Part shown: positions 46,910-56,134 of the stretch, piece by piece
How positions within the stretch are numbered: the stretch's first letter is position 1
How the letters are laid out: every line of letters starts with the position of its first letter
Virus record (IMG/VR): IMGVR_UViG_3300012347_000256
Source: a virus
Lineage: Duplodnaviria > Heunggongvirae > Uroviricota > Caudoviricetes
Length of the DNA: 64,000 bases
Direction: 5' to 3' (one strand)
Notes under the pieces: model-generated
What the model was told of the DNA's origin: nothing
Seen by the model: only the letters and a program-made list of their open reading frames with translations
The model's database searches: none
Program-made: the position numbers and the translations under genes

Positions 46910-47704
46910 ATGCAAGAAGTACTAAAAGCTAAAAGCTACAAGCCGACACAGGCTATGATCAACAATGCTAAACGAGGATTAGCCTTACGTGAGAAATACG
47001 GCAGAGGTGGCTTAGATGCCTCTCAAGCTAAAAAAGAAGGTGTTGGTTCTGGTGTAGCTCGCGCTCGCGATGTGATAAACGGTAATCTAAGCTTAGATAC
47101 TGTCAAACGAATGTACAGCTTCTTTAGTAGGCATGAGAAGAATTATGATCCCAAAAAGAAAATGCCAGATGGAGGTCCGACCGCAGGCACAGTGGCATAT
47201 TTACTCTGGAGTGGATCAGCAGGCTTTGCATGGGCACGTAGCATTCTGAAAAAAGAAGGTATCTTAAAGTCCTATAATAAAGATATTACGGACTTAGAAT
47301 TAAACACTGAAGATGAGCTACCGGGAGTTAAACTTCCGATTACTAAAGCTCTGGACGAAGAGTTAAAGCAAGTCACTTACGTTGCAATGATCCCTGATCA
47401 TACTGATTTACACGGTGATTATACCTCAGAAAACGAAGTTCGTAAAGCTAAAGAGTCTTTTAATAAAAGCATGATGAGAGCTAACCTATTTCATTTAGTA
47501 ATGACAGATACATTTGACGTTATTGAATCTTACTTAGCTCCTTGTGATATGGTGTTAAACGATCAATTCGTAAAGAAGTCCACATGGCTGATGACTTTGC
47601 AAGTGCATGATGATGCTCTATGGCAGATGATTAAAGATGATGAAATTACAGGTATTTCCATTGGTGCTCTAGCGAGTGTTGAAGATGCGGATACTTCAGA
47701 ATAA
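46910..47704 (+). CDS. prohead protease-like (HK97 S78/U35-like C-terminal half) with unknown N-terminal domain
   Basis: IPDHTDLHGD matches the HK97 LFNHD His motif; ITGISIGALA matches the HK97 Ser motif ISGSSFGF. Lies between the portal region and the scaffold. Confidence 0.5.
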   Translation: MQEVLKAKSYKPTQAMINNAKRGLALREKYGRGGLDASQAKKEGVGSGVARARDVINGNLSLDTVKRMYSFFSRHEKNYDPKKKMPDGGPTAGTVAYLLWSGSAGFAWARSILKKEGILKSYNKDITDLELNTEDELPGVKLPITKALDEELKQVTYVAMIPDHTDLHGDYTSENEVRKAKESFNKSMMRANLFHLVMTDTFDVIESYLAPCDMVLNDQFVKKSTWLMTLQVHDDALWQMIKDDEITGISIGALASVEDADTSE

Positions 47705-47712
47705 GGAATAAG

Positions 47713-48726
47713 ATGGAAAACACTAAGACAGCTACAAAACGTAAAACTAAACGTAAACTCAGTGATATTGATTTCAGTGGTGAAGGCTCACACATTGCAT
47801 TAGTTTCCAAACAGCAAGGCGGTCCAGCTTCTGGTGCTGATTATGCACTGGTACTAAAAGCTAATAAATTCAGCGAAGAGTTTGTACAAAAGATGCAACA
47901 AGTTCGTGTGACTATGGAGTTACCTGATTTTCTGCAGCGCTTCTTTAATCTATACGGAGAACAAGCGGACATTCTTGCTTACATGATGGGTTACGTAGAA
48001 CCTGCTGAAACACAAGCAATGGAACAAGCTGAAGCTGACGAAGATTACAAAGACTGGATTAAATCCAAGATGGAAGCTTTTGAGATTTTAAAGTCCGCTA
48101 ACGATGCGGATAATCTAGCAGAAGTTCTATCTGAGTTAGATGAACATGAATATTTAGCTATGCTTAATGACCAAGCTTTGATTGAAAAGGCTATGGAAGA
48201 TATTGCAAAAGCTCAAAAAGAATCCGCACTTGCTGCTACGGCAGAAGGTACTGATACCTCAACAAACGCTGGCGTTGAGAATATTGAAGGGGTGTCTACC
48301 TCTGTTAACAAACAAGAATTGGAGAAATCTAAGATGGAAGACGAAGTAAAAGTCGAAACCGTTGAAAAAGCTCAATTTGAACTTGTGCAAAAAGCTCTAG
48401 ATGAGCAGAAGGTACAACTACAAAAAGCTCTGGAAACAATCGCTGTATTTGAAGCTGAGAAAAAAGCAGCTATCAATAAAGCAAAAACAGACCAAATCAA
48501 AGCTATCGTAAAAGACGAAAGCAAAGTAGAAGCAATCGCTAAGGCTGCTTTATCACTAGAAAACGAAGATGATTTTACTGCGTTTGTAGCTGCTATGCAA
48601 GCTATGATGACTACTGTAGAAGCATCTGAGATGTTCGTAGAAAAGGGTGCTTCTACTCAAGAAGAGCCTGTCGTTAAAGAATCTGCTGTGGCAAAATTAC
48701 TTAAAGCCAAGCAAGTAACTAAGTAA
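47713..48726 (+). CDS. scaffolding protein
   Basis: 337 aa, acidic, Ala/Glu/Lys-rich, coiled-coil, immediately upstream of the capsid genes. Confidence 0.6.
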   Translation: MENTKTATKRKTKRKLSDIDFSGEGSHIALVSKQQGGPASGADYALVLKANKFSEEFVQKMQQVRVTMELPDFLQRFFNLYGEQADILAYMMGYVEPAETQAMEQAEADEDYKDWIKSKMEAFEILKSANDADNLAEVLSELDEHEYLAMLNDQALIEKAMEDIAKAQKESALAATAEGTDTSTNAGVENIEGVSTSVNKQELEKSKMEDEVKVETVEKAQFELVQKALDEQKVQLQKALETIAVFEAEKKAAINKAKTDQIKAIVKDESKVEAIAKAALSLENEDDFTAFVAAMQAMMTTVEASEMFVEKGASTQEEPVVKESAVAKLLKAKQVTK

Positions 48727-48743
48727 TATAAAAGGAAAATAAC

Positions 48744-49139
48744 ATGCCATTGATTGCAACCGAAGCCGCTCGTCTTTCTAACGTAGTAAAACAAGAACTC
48801 TGGCCTGAAACTGGCTATACTCGCTTAGTCGTTACTTATAACGGCACTGCTGCTACTCTCGTACCCGGCACTGTTCTAGGTAAAGTAACTTCAGGTGGTA
48901 AGTACAAAATCGCTGTACAAACCGCTAGTGATGGTTCACAAGTAGCTGACGCTATTGTCATGCAAGAACAAACCGTAGCTTCTGCTACCGATACTCAAGT
49001 GCTAGTCCTAATCAAAGGTCCAGCTATTGTATCTAAGGCAGGTCTAGTACTAGATGCCACATACGACCTAGATGCTGAAAAAGCCGCTGTATACGCCGCT
49101 CTAGAAGCTAAGGGTATTGCAGTTAACGATGCAGTTTAA
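48744..49139 (+). CDS. small head protein (decoration-like)
   Basis: 131 aa, between the scaffold and the major capsid gene. Confidence 0.45.
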   Translation: MPLIATEAARLSNVVKQELWPETGYTRLVVTYNGTAATLVPGTVLGKVTSGGKYKIAVQTASDGSQVADAIVMQEQTVASATDTQVLVLIKGPAIVSKAGLVLDATYDLDAEKAAVYAALEAKGIAVNDAV

Positions 49140-49186
49140 TCTGTAAAAGAATTAACTGTTAACTAATATAATTAAGGAAATATAAA

Positions 49187-50200
49187 ATGCAGACCCGTAG
49201 TTTTGAAAAACCATTTGAACTCGTAGACTATACACAAGAACTCTTGCTCATCCCAAATCAATGGGGATTGATTAATGAGCTAGGCCTTTTCTCTGAAGAG
49301 CCAGTATCACAGCACAGCGTTACCGTTGAATCCAGCGAAGGTACTCTCGGTCTAGTTACCGACCAAGTTCGTGGCGCTCGTAATACAATGAACAAGAACG
49401 ACACCCGTTCACTACGTTCATTCCCAATCCCTCACTTCCCACTTGATGACGCTGTCAAGCCTGAAGATATCCAAGGCAAACGTGCTTATGGTTCTCCTGA
49501 TCAAGCTGAAACCGAAGCTGCTGTTATCGCTCGTAAGCTAGAGCGTATTCGTATGAACCACGCTGTGACTCTAGAGGCCGCTCGTGCATACGCTATTACA
49601 GCTGGTGCAATCTACGCTCCTAACGGCACTGTAGCAGGTTCATTCTATACTGACTTTGGTATTACCCGTAAGTCAATTGACTTTGTGCTCGGTACTACAA
49701 CCACTGACTTGACTGCAAAATCTGAAGAAGGTATTGCTCACATTCAAGACACCATTCAAAGTGGTGAAGTTGTTAGCAACATTATCGTTCTTTGCTCACC
49801 TGCTTTCTTCGGCAAGTTGATCAATCACGCTACCATCAAAGAAAGTTACAAGTACTACACCAGTACTCAAGAGCCACTACGTAATCGTCTAGGTTCCGGT
49901 GTGTATCGTCGTTTCGTTCACGGCGGCGTTGAGTATATTGAATACCGTGGTTCTTACAACGGTGTTGCTTTGATCCCCGCTGGTGAAGCTTACATGCTAC
50001 CACAAGGCACTAGCGACATGTTCTTGACTTACTTTAGCCCTGCTAACAAGTTCTCTCATGTGAATACTTTGGGTGAAGCTGCTTACGTGTTTACTTACAA
50101 AGACGCAACCGACACTCAAATCCAGATTCAATCTGAGTCAAACTTTTTGAACTTGATTCGTCGCCCACAAGCTGTTGTTAAACTAACAACTTCTAACTGA
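49187..50200 (+). CDS. major capsid protein
   Basis: 337 aa. Followed by a strong terminator at 50204-50224 (GCCCTTCGGGGCTTTCT). Confidence 0.65.
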   Translation: MQTRSFEKPFELVDYTQELLLIPNQWGLINELGLFSEEPVSQHSVTVESSEGTLGLVTDQVRGARNTMNKNDTRSLRSFPIPHFPLDDAVKPEDIQGKRAYGSPDQAETEAAVIARKLERIRMNHAVTLEAARAYAITAGAIYAPNGTVAGSFYTDFGITRKSIDFVLGTTTTDLTAKSEEGIAHIQDTIQSGEVVSNIIVLCSPAFFGKLINHATIKESYKYYTSTQEPLRNRLGSGVYRRFVHGGVEYIEYRGSYNGVALIPAGEAYMLPQGTSDMFLTYFSPANKFSHVNTLGEAAYVFTYKDATDTQIQIQSESNFLNLIRRPQAVVKLTTSN

Positions 50201-50396
50201 TGATTGCCCTTCGGGGCTTTCTAAAGTACTTAGACCGCCTCTTAACTGAGGCGTCTATCATAAGTATTGCATTGTAACATTGTTTGTGTTATAATCAGTT
50301 TTTATGTTAGACGAAATTAGCTAGGCTGATCCCCGAAAAGAACGATTCACTCCCACGTTCCTGCTAGTTGTCTTTAATGGGATGCAGGGAGAAATA

Positions 50397-51248
50397 ATGC
50401 AAAATTATTATGTGTATTTGCACAAAGACTTATTCGGAAATGTTTTCTATATTGGCAAAGGCACAAGAAATAGAGCTTGGGTTAAAACAAATCGTAGTAT
50501 TGAATGGTTATCTAGAAGTTCTGCAGGCTTTAGTGTAGAACTTTTACACGAGAATTTAACCTCTGATGAAGCACTTGCTGTTGAAGAAAAACTTATAAAC
50601 AGTGTTAAGTTTAAAGATATTATTGTTAACATAAGAAAATCTAATAAATTAGTAGATTATTCAAATGTTGATTGGAGCACGTTAGTAGAATACTCTGCGG
50701 ACTCTCCTACGTTCTTAAAATGGAAAACTTCGGTAGGTGTTTGTGATAAAGAAAAATCAGCTGGAGACTTTGCAGGTTCTCTTTGTTATTTTAAAAACGG
50801 CTCAAACAAACACTCTGTTTTAACATTTAAAAGCCAAAAATACTATTTGCACAGAGTTATTTGGAACTTGTTAAAAGGTGAAATACCTGCTGACTGTGTT
50901 ATTAATCACATAGATAATAACCCACATAACAATAACATCAGCAACCTTCAGCTATGTTCTAAAGCTCAGAACTCAAGAAGAACAAAACTACATCGTGGTA
51001 ATCTAAGTTCAAGAAATAAGTCAGGTTTTAACGGTGTAACAGTAGTATTAAAAAAGAATGTAGAAGTTTATTACGCTGCTTATTATTATAATAGTTGTGG
51101 TAAACTCGTCAAAAAATGTTTTAATATGCTTAGGTACGGTAAAGAAGAAGCTTTCCGTTTAGCTTGCCAATGGCGCAAAGAACAAATAGAACAACTAAAC
51201 GCTGACGGCGCAGGTTACACAGACACGGAACATAAGGAAATACAATGA
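50397..51248 (+). CDS. homing endonuclease with GIY-YIG-like N-terminus and HNH-like C-terminal motif
   Basis: YYVYLHKDLFGNVFYIGKGT (GIY...YIG). NHIDNNPHNNNISNLQLCSKAQN. Start trimmed to the ATG after GGAGAAATA. Confidence 0.65.
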   Translation: MQNYYVYLHKDLFGNVFYIGKGTRNRAWVKTNRSIEWLSRSSAGFSVELLHENLTSDEALAVEEKLINSVKFKDIIVNIRKSNKLVDYSNVDWSTLVEYSADSPTFLKWKTSVGVCDKEKSAGDFAGSLCYFKNGSNKHSVLTFKSQKYYLHRVIWNLLKGEIPADCVINHIDNNPHNNNISNLQLCSKAQNSRRTKLHRGNLSSRNKSGFNGVTVVLKKNVEVYYAAYYYNSCGKLVKKCFNMLRYGKEEAFRLACQWRKEQIEQLNADGAGYTDTEHKEIQ

Positions 51249-51649
51249 CAATCCAAGCTTTACGCTACGAATTAGGTGATACCTCACCAGAGTGGCCGAT
51301 CATGTCTGATGCTGAGTACCAGTACTTCTTGAGTAAAAACGATTATGTAGTGCGTAGAGCAGCTATGGATGCCGCTAAGAGTATCATGTTCAAGCTGTCA
51401 ATGCGCGATGACTCCTCAGTGGACCTCTTCAGCATCAAAGGTTCAGCTGCCGCACGTAACTACATGCAAGCGCTAATGTTATACATCAAAAATCCTGACC
51501 TTAATTCTCTTTTTGACAAAGTTCAAGGTTATGCGGGAGGGGTATCAAAAGCCGACATGGTAGCTAACGATAGTAACGCAGATAACAACATCGTTAATCA
51601 ACCAACGAGCGAAACATTTACTTATCGTCCAAGTTCATTTGGCATTTAA
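51245..51649 (+). CDS. head-tail connector/adaptor-like protein
   Basis: 134 aa. First of four small genes between the capsid and the major tail gene. Confidence 0.45.
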   Translation: MTIQALRYELGDTSPEWPIMSDAEYQYFLSKNDYVVRRAAMDAAKSIMFKLSMRDDSSVDLFSIKGSAAARNYMQALMLYIKNPDLNSLFDKVQGYAGGVSKADMVANDSNADNNIVNQPTSETFTYRPSSFGI

Positions 51650-51660
51650 AGGAATAAAAA

Positions 51661-52017
51661 ATGAACAGATATCTATCAATTACATTACAAGCAATTAATA
51701 CTCACGGTAAAATCTGTTCTTATTCAGTAGTAACTGAAGGTGCATATAATATTGAAACAGGTAGTTCAACAAATACTGAAACTACTTATTCAATCAAGAT
51801 GTATAAAAAGCACATTACAGCTAATCAGTATAACTTCCCAAACTTAATCGGAAGAGACAGCGCTGTATTTTACATAGCTAATAACGCTCTTGCTTTTGTG
51901 CCTAAACCTAAAGATAAAATCCTGATTGATTCTACTACATATACTGTAGATTCTATTACAGAACATGCTGCAGAGGGTCTTGTGATTTTATACAAGGTCT
52001 TAGCTGTTAAGGGTTAA
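51661..52017 (+). CDS. head closure-like protein
   Basis: 118 aa. Position only. Confidence 0.4.
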   Translation: MNRYLSITLQAINTHGKICSYSVVTEGAYNIETGSSTNTETTYSIKMYKKHITANQYNFPNLIGRDSAVFYIANNALAFVPKPKDKILIDSTTYTVDSITEHAAEGLVILYKVLAVKG

Positions 52018-52018
52018 T

Positions 52019-52561
52019 ATGCGTATAACTTGCAATTCTTCAGAACTAGAAGACAGCTTGAAAAAATTCCATGAAGAAGCTGTTCGTAAGATGCAAGGCA
52101 TGGTTCAAATCTTCGCTTACAAAGTAACTATTGAAGCTATTGATAATACACCCTTTGGTGATTATCAGACTTATGCTGCTTTGTATCATAATTATGCAAG
52201 ATTGAGAGTATTACCTCCAGAAGCTGGTTCAGCTAAAGGCGGTTGGACAATCTCTTTCAACGGTCCAACTAGAATTATTTTTCCAGAACGTGCAAGTGAT
52301 ACTAATGCTGAAAACATTAAGATGAATGCAAAATCAGATAGCACAGGATATAAACTAGGTGATGATCTTTATATCATGAACAGTGTTAGGTATGTTGCTT
52401 CTGATGGTTGGCCTTATGAAACATATAAGAATGGTACTCCAGTCAGATCACTTGAAAATGGAGCATCTACAAGAGCACCTTTCGGTATTATGGAACCTAC
52501 TTTGCACGCAATCTATGGTATTTATACAAGCGAACTAAACGAATATTATAAGGCAAGTTAA
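52019..52561 (+). CDS. tail completion-like protein
   Basis: 180 aa. Position only. Confidence 0.4.
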   Translation: MRITCNSSELEDSLKKFHEEAVRKMQGMVQIFAYKVTIEAIDNTPFGDYQTYAALYHNYARLRVLPPEAGSAKGGWTISFNGPTRIIFPERASDTNAENIKMNAKSDSTGYKLGDDLYIMNSVRYVASDGWPYETYKNGTPVRSLENGASTRAPFGIMEPTLHAIYGIYTSELNEYYKAS

Positions 52562-52968
52562 TGGCAATCATAGAAATTAAAAGAGCAGCTGAAAGAAAAC
52601 TCCAAGCATTAACTCCTAGTATTCCAACAGCATGGGAAAGCGTAAGCTTTGAGCCTCCTGTTGGTTTATATCAAAGAGTTCAATTTACGATTCAAACTCC
52701 TGATGATCCTGTACTTGGTACTGGCTTTCACAGAGAGAGACTGCAGATGCAAGTGTTTGTTATTGGTGCAAGTAATAAAGGAACTTCTGAAGTTATTACT
52801 CGTGCTGAACTTATTCGTGAGCACTTTAAAAAAGGTCTAGTGCTACAAGAAGGCAATATTAAAATTCATGTACTGCGAACTCCGCAAGTAGCTGGAACTA
52901 CTATTGCATCCGAAAGAATAGTCTGCCCTGTAATCATTCAATTAGTTGCAGAAGTATATTCTTATTAA
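52561..52968 (+). CDS. tail terminator-like protein
   Basis: 135 aa. Position only. Confidence 0.4.
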   Translation: MAIIEIKRAAERKLQALTPSIPTAWESVSFEPPVGLYQRVQFTIQTPDDPVLGTGFHRERLQMQVFVIGASNKGTSEVITRAELIREHFKKGLVLQEGNIKIHVLRTPQVAGTTIASERIVCPVIIQLVAEVYSY

Positions 52969-53045
52969 ATATTTAACGGCTACCTTTAGCGGGGGAAAAG
53001 ACGATTCATCACCGTCCTGCCATTATCTTACTCAGTGGTGCTTTC

Positions 53046-53843
53046 TTGATGGAGAAAATGATTATGATCTTATTATCTGAAGATAAAATAAGAGAATTAG
53101 TATACAAAGATAAAACTAAATCTTATACCTATGGTTTGTGCCGTAATGACGGAACGTTGTATTATGTTGGAGTAGGCATTCGTAACAGAGTATTGAGACA
53201 TGTGAAAGAGCATGAATTAAAGCAAGGTTCGAATAGGTTGAAAAATAATATTACTATGAAAGAACAGTCCATAGGTTCTGTCAAGTTTGTATTATTTCTT
53301 TTACACAGTGATAGAAGCCAATGTTTAAAACTTGAAAGACAAATTATTGAAAAATTTGGAAGAATTATTGGTAATACTGGTTCACTTTCAAATCTAACAA
53401 ATGGTGGTGAAATTGCACCAACTGGTATTGTTTTAACAGATATCACCAGACAAAGAATAAGCGAAGCTAGATTAAAAGACAGAGAGAATCTATCTTTAAA
53501 AAATAAATTATGGTGGCAGAACTTACCAGAAGAAGAAAAAAATCAAAAGATTACTAAACTTCTTTCCAATGCTAATAATGAAAAAGCTCGTGAAAAAATT
53601 GGTAAAGCTACGAAATTACGTTGGTCGGACCCTGAATACAAAACAAGACTATCAGAGATTCAAAAAGAAGCTCAGAAACTGAACTCTGAAATGATGAGTA
53701 GTATTATAAAAAATAAATGGGCTGATCCTGAATTCAGAGAAAAAATGCTTAAAGCAAGAAAAGAAGCCCGTGAAAGAAAACTAGCTGCTTTAGCTAGTAG
53801 TGCCGAAAGGCAAACATTTGCAAATGTTGATAATTTAAATTAA
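53046..53843 (+). CDS. GIY-YIG homing endonuclease
   Basis: YTYGLCRNDGTLYYVGVGIRNR. Basic, repeat-rich C-terminal DNA-binding region. The start may be a downstream ATG (53058 or 53064). Confidence 0.65.
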   Translation: MMEKMIMILLSEDKIRELVYKDKTKSYTYGLCRNDGTLYYVGVGIRNRVLRHVKEHELKQGSNRLKNNITMKEQSIGSVKFVLFLLHSDRSQCLKLERQIIEKFGRIIGNTGSLSNLTNGGEIAPTGIVLTDITRQRISEARLKDRENLSLKNKLWWQNLPEEEKNQKITKLLSNANNEKAREKIGKATKLRWSDPEYKTRLSEIQKEAQKLNSEMMSSIIKNKWADPEFREKMLKARKEARERKLAALASSAERQTFANVDNLN

Positions 53844-53852
53844 GGAAATAAT

Positions 53853-55055
53853 ATGATTGCTAAAGGCACTTCAAAACAAGTTGGCTATAAAAAGGAATCT
53901 AGCTTCGGCGTACTCGCAGGTAATACCTCCGGTAAACTACTTCGCAGAGTAACTGCAAACTTCAACCTAACAAAAGAAACTTACGAATCAGCTGAAATTA
54001 GAACTGACCGTCAAGTTGCAGATATGCGCCACGGTGTACGTTCTGCTGATGGTACTTTAAACGGCGAACTATCTTCAGCTTCTTATGCTGATTTCATGGG
54101 TTCTGTCGTAGGTAAAGATTTCGTAACTGTAACACTAGGTTCTGCAGTTCAGACCACTGTTACTGCAGTTGGTAGCGTCTATACTTTAGTTCGTTCTACA
54201 GGCTCATGGTTAACTGATGGTCTAAAAGTAGGTATGGTCATTCGTACCACTGGTTTGACTGCTGCAGGCGATAACTCCAAGAACTTACTCGTAGCCTCAC
54301 TGACTGCTACAAACGCTGTTGTTGTGCCTTTAAACGGCTCTACAATGACTGCACAGCCTACTGCTACAAGCGTTACTGTTACCTCTCCCGGTAAACAAAC
54401 TTTCGTACCTGCCACTGGTCACACTGATGATTCATACACCGTAGAAGAGTTCTACGTTGATATTGCTCAGTCTGAAGTCTACACAGGCATGAAGGTAAAT
54501 AGTCTAGCCGTTCAATTACCTGCTACTGGTTTGACAACTATTGATGTTGCATTCGCTGGTAAGGACTTGACTCAAACTGGCACTACTCAGTATTTCACAT
54601 CACCTACTGCTCAAGGTACTACTGGTATCTTTGCTGCTGTTAACGGTGTTATGCTTGTGCAAGGTGCTCCAGTTGCTTTGATTACATCTGCGGATTTCAC
54701 CATTGAACGTGCTACTGAAAATGCTACCGTTGTTGGCTCTAACTCAGTTGCTGATATTTTCACTGGTCGTATCCGTGTTAGCGGTAACATGAGTGTTTAC
54801 TTCCAAGATGCAGTCTTCCGTGATTACTTTGACGATGAAACTCCGGTATCTTTGGTGCTAAGTGTAACTGCTGATAGTTCTGCTACTGCTAACTTCGTTG
54901 CGTTTACTTTACCTAAAGTTAAACTAGGTAGCTTCACCCGCGACGATACTGAGCTCGGTTTAACAGCGTCTTCAAGCTTTCAAGCTTTACTAAATGATGT
55001 AACAACTGCTGGTCTACCTTCAACAACAATTCAGATTCAAGACTCTGCAGCTTAA
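53853..55055 (+). CDS. major tail (tube) protein
   Basis: 400 aa. Conserved synteny: major tail protein, chaperone G/GT, tape measure. Terminator at 55078-55115. Confidence 0.6.
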   Translation: MIAKGTSKQVGYKKESSFGVLAGNTSGKLLRRVTANFNLTKETYESAEIRTDRQVADMRHGVRSADGTLNGELSSASYADFMGSVVGKDFVTVTLGSAVQTTVTAVGSVYTLVRSTGSWLTDGLKVGMVIRTTGLTAAGDNSKNLLVASLTATNAVVVPLNGSTMTAQPTATSVTVTSPGKQTFVPATGHTDDSYTVEEFYVDIAQSEVYTGMKVNSLAVQLPATGLTTIDVAFAGKDLTQTGTTQYFTSPTAQGTTGIFAAVNGVMLVQGAPVALITSADFTIERATENATVVGSNSVADIFTGRIRVSGNMSVYFQDAVFRDYFDDETPVSLVLSVTADSSATANFVAFTLPKVKLGSFTRDDTELGLTASSSFQALLNDVTTAGLPSTTIQIQDSAA

Positions 55056-55197
55056 TAAAGCTTAGATAATTGACGATAACCCCTTGGTCACAAGCCGAGG
55101 GGTTTTTCTTTATTTAAAAGTATATTCCACCTCTTGATTTATCCTGTATTATATGTTATAATCAGTACTTCATTAACAATAATAGAAAGGAAATATT

Positions 55198-55605
55198 ATG
55201 ACATTCGATTTGAAAAATCATAACTACACAGAGATTGCCGAAGCTGGTTACGAATTTGAACTAAAGCTTCCCGGTACTGGTGAAGGTACAGGTGCGTTTA
55301 TTACAGTTCGTGGTGACCAATCCAAGACTGTAAAGGCATTTGGTCGTAAGAAATACTCAGAGTTCAAACTTCGTGAACAGCAAGCTAAACGCCGTGGTAA
55401 AGAAGCCGAAGAAATGACTCTAGAAGAAGCTGAAGAGTTATCAATTGAGTCAGCCACTGTGCGTATCATCTCATGGAAAAATATCACTGAAGGTGGTAAA
55501 GAAGTTCCTTTCACAAAAGAAAATGCTGAACGTATTTTGAAAGAATATCCGTTCATTAAAGATCAAGTATTAGAGGAGGCAGGTTCCCTGCTTAACTTTT
55601 GCTGA
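55198..55605 (+). CDS. tail assembly chaperone (gpG-like)
   Basis: 135 aa. Immediately upstream of the tape measure gene. Confidence 0.6.
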   Translation: MTFDLKNHNYTEIAEAGYEFELKLPGTGEGTGAFITVRGDQSKTVKAFGRKKYSEFKLREQQAKRRGKEAEEMTLEEAEELSIESATVRIISWKNITEGGKEVPFTKENAERILKEYPFIKDQVLEEAGSLLNFC

Positions 55606-55990
55606 AGATGAAATAGCTGAAGCTGTAGCTTTTGCAAAACAAGAGTTTAGCCTTGGTAAAAAATCCAAGGATGGCTCTTCGTTAAGAGATCAGTTAAATT
55701 CCGTATGGCGGCAAACAGGTGTAAAACCAAAAGAACTTGAACAATTAGTTGAGTTACCTGAAGGACTTTACTCTGTTTGGAAATTCTTTATTGATCTGCA
55801 TAATGCTAGAGGCTCTAATGGCTTTGGTATTAATCCTATATCTTATACTGAGATTAAATCTTATTTTGATTTGATGCAGATACAAGCAGAGGATTATGAG
55901 GTTATGTTGATTAAGTTATTTGATAATGAAGCCTTAAGTGCTTACGCAAAAGAAGCAGAAGCTGAACGCAAAAGATCAGCTAAGAAATAA
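55574..55990 (+). CDS. tail assembly chaperone frameshift extension (gpT-like; +1 frame, no start codon of its own)
   Basis: Frame 2 is open from 55574 to the TAA at 55988-55990 and contains no in-frame ATG. A candidate slippery site UUU_U at 55597-55600 lies two codons before the frame-1 stop (UGC UGA). Confidence 0.5.
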   Translation, partial: RRQVPCLTFAEDEIAEAVAFAKQEFSLGKKSKDGSSLRDQLNSVWRQTGVKPKELEQLVELPEGLYSVWKFFIDLHNARGSNGFGINPISYTEIKSYFDLMQIQAEDYEVMLIKLFDNEALSAYAKEAEAERKRSAKK

Positions 55991-56134
55991 AGTACAGGCC
56001 TTTAACACAGGCTTGTATTTATGTATGAATACAGAATATACGTATTTGTACATATCTATGAGTATAAATACGTATTTATAGATATGTGCATGAACGATAC
56101 ACAGTGATATACAATAACTAAACCGAGAATAAAT

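Noticed and set aside
53162-53446. 94-aa minus-strand ORF
   Set aside because: It is antisense to the GIY-YIG endonuclease gene, which has a clear catalytic motif.
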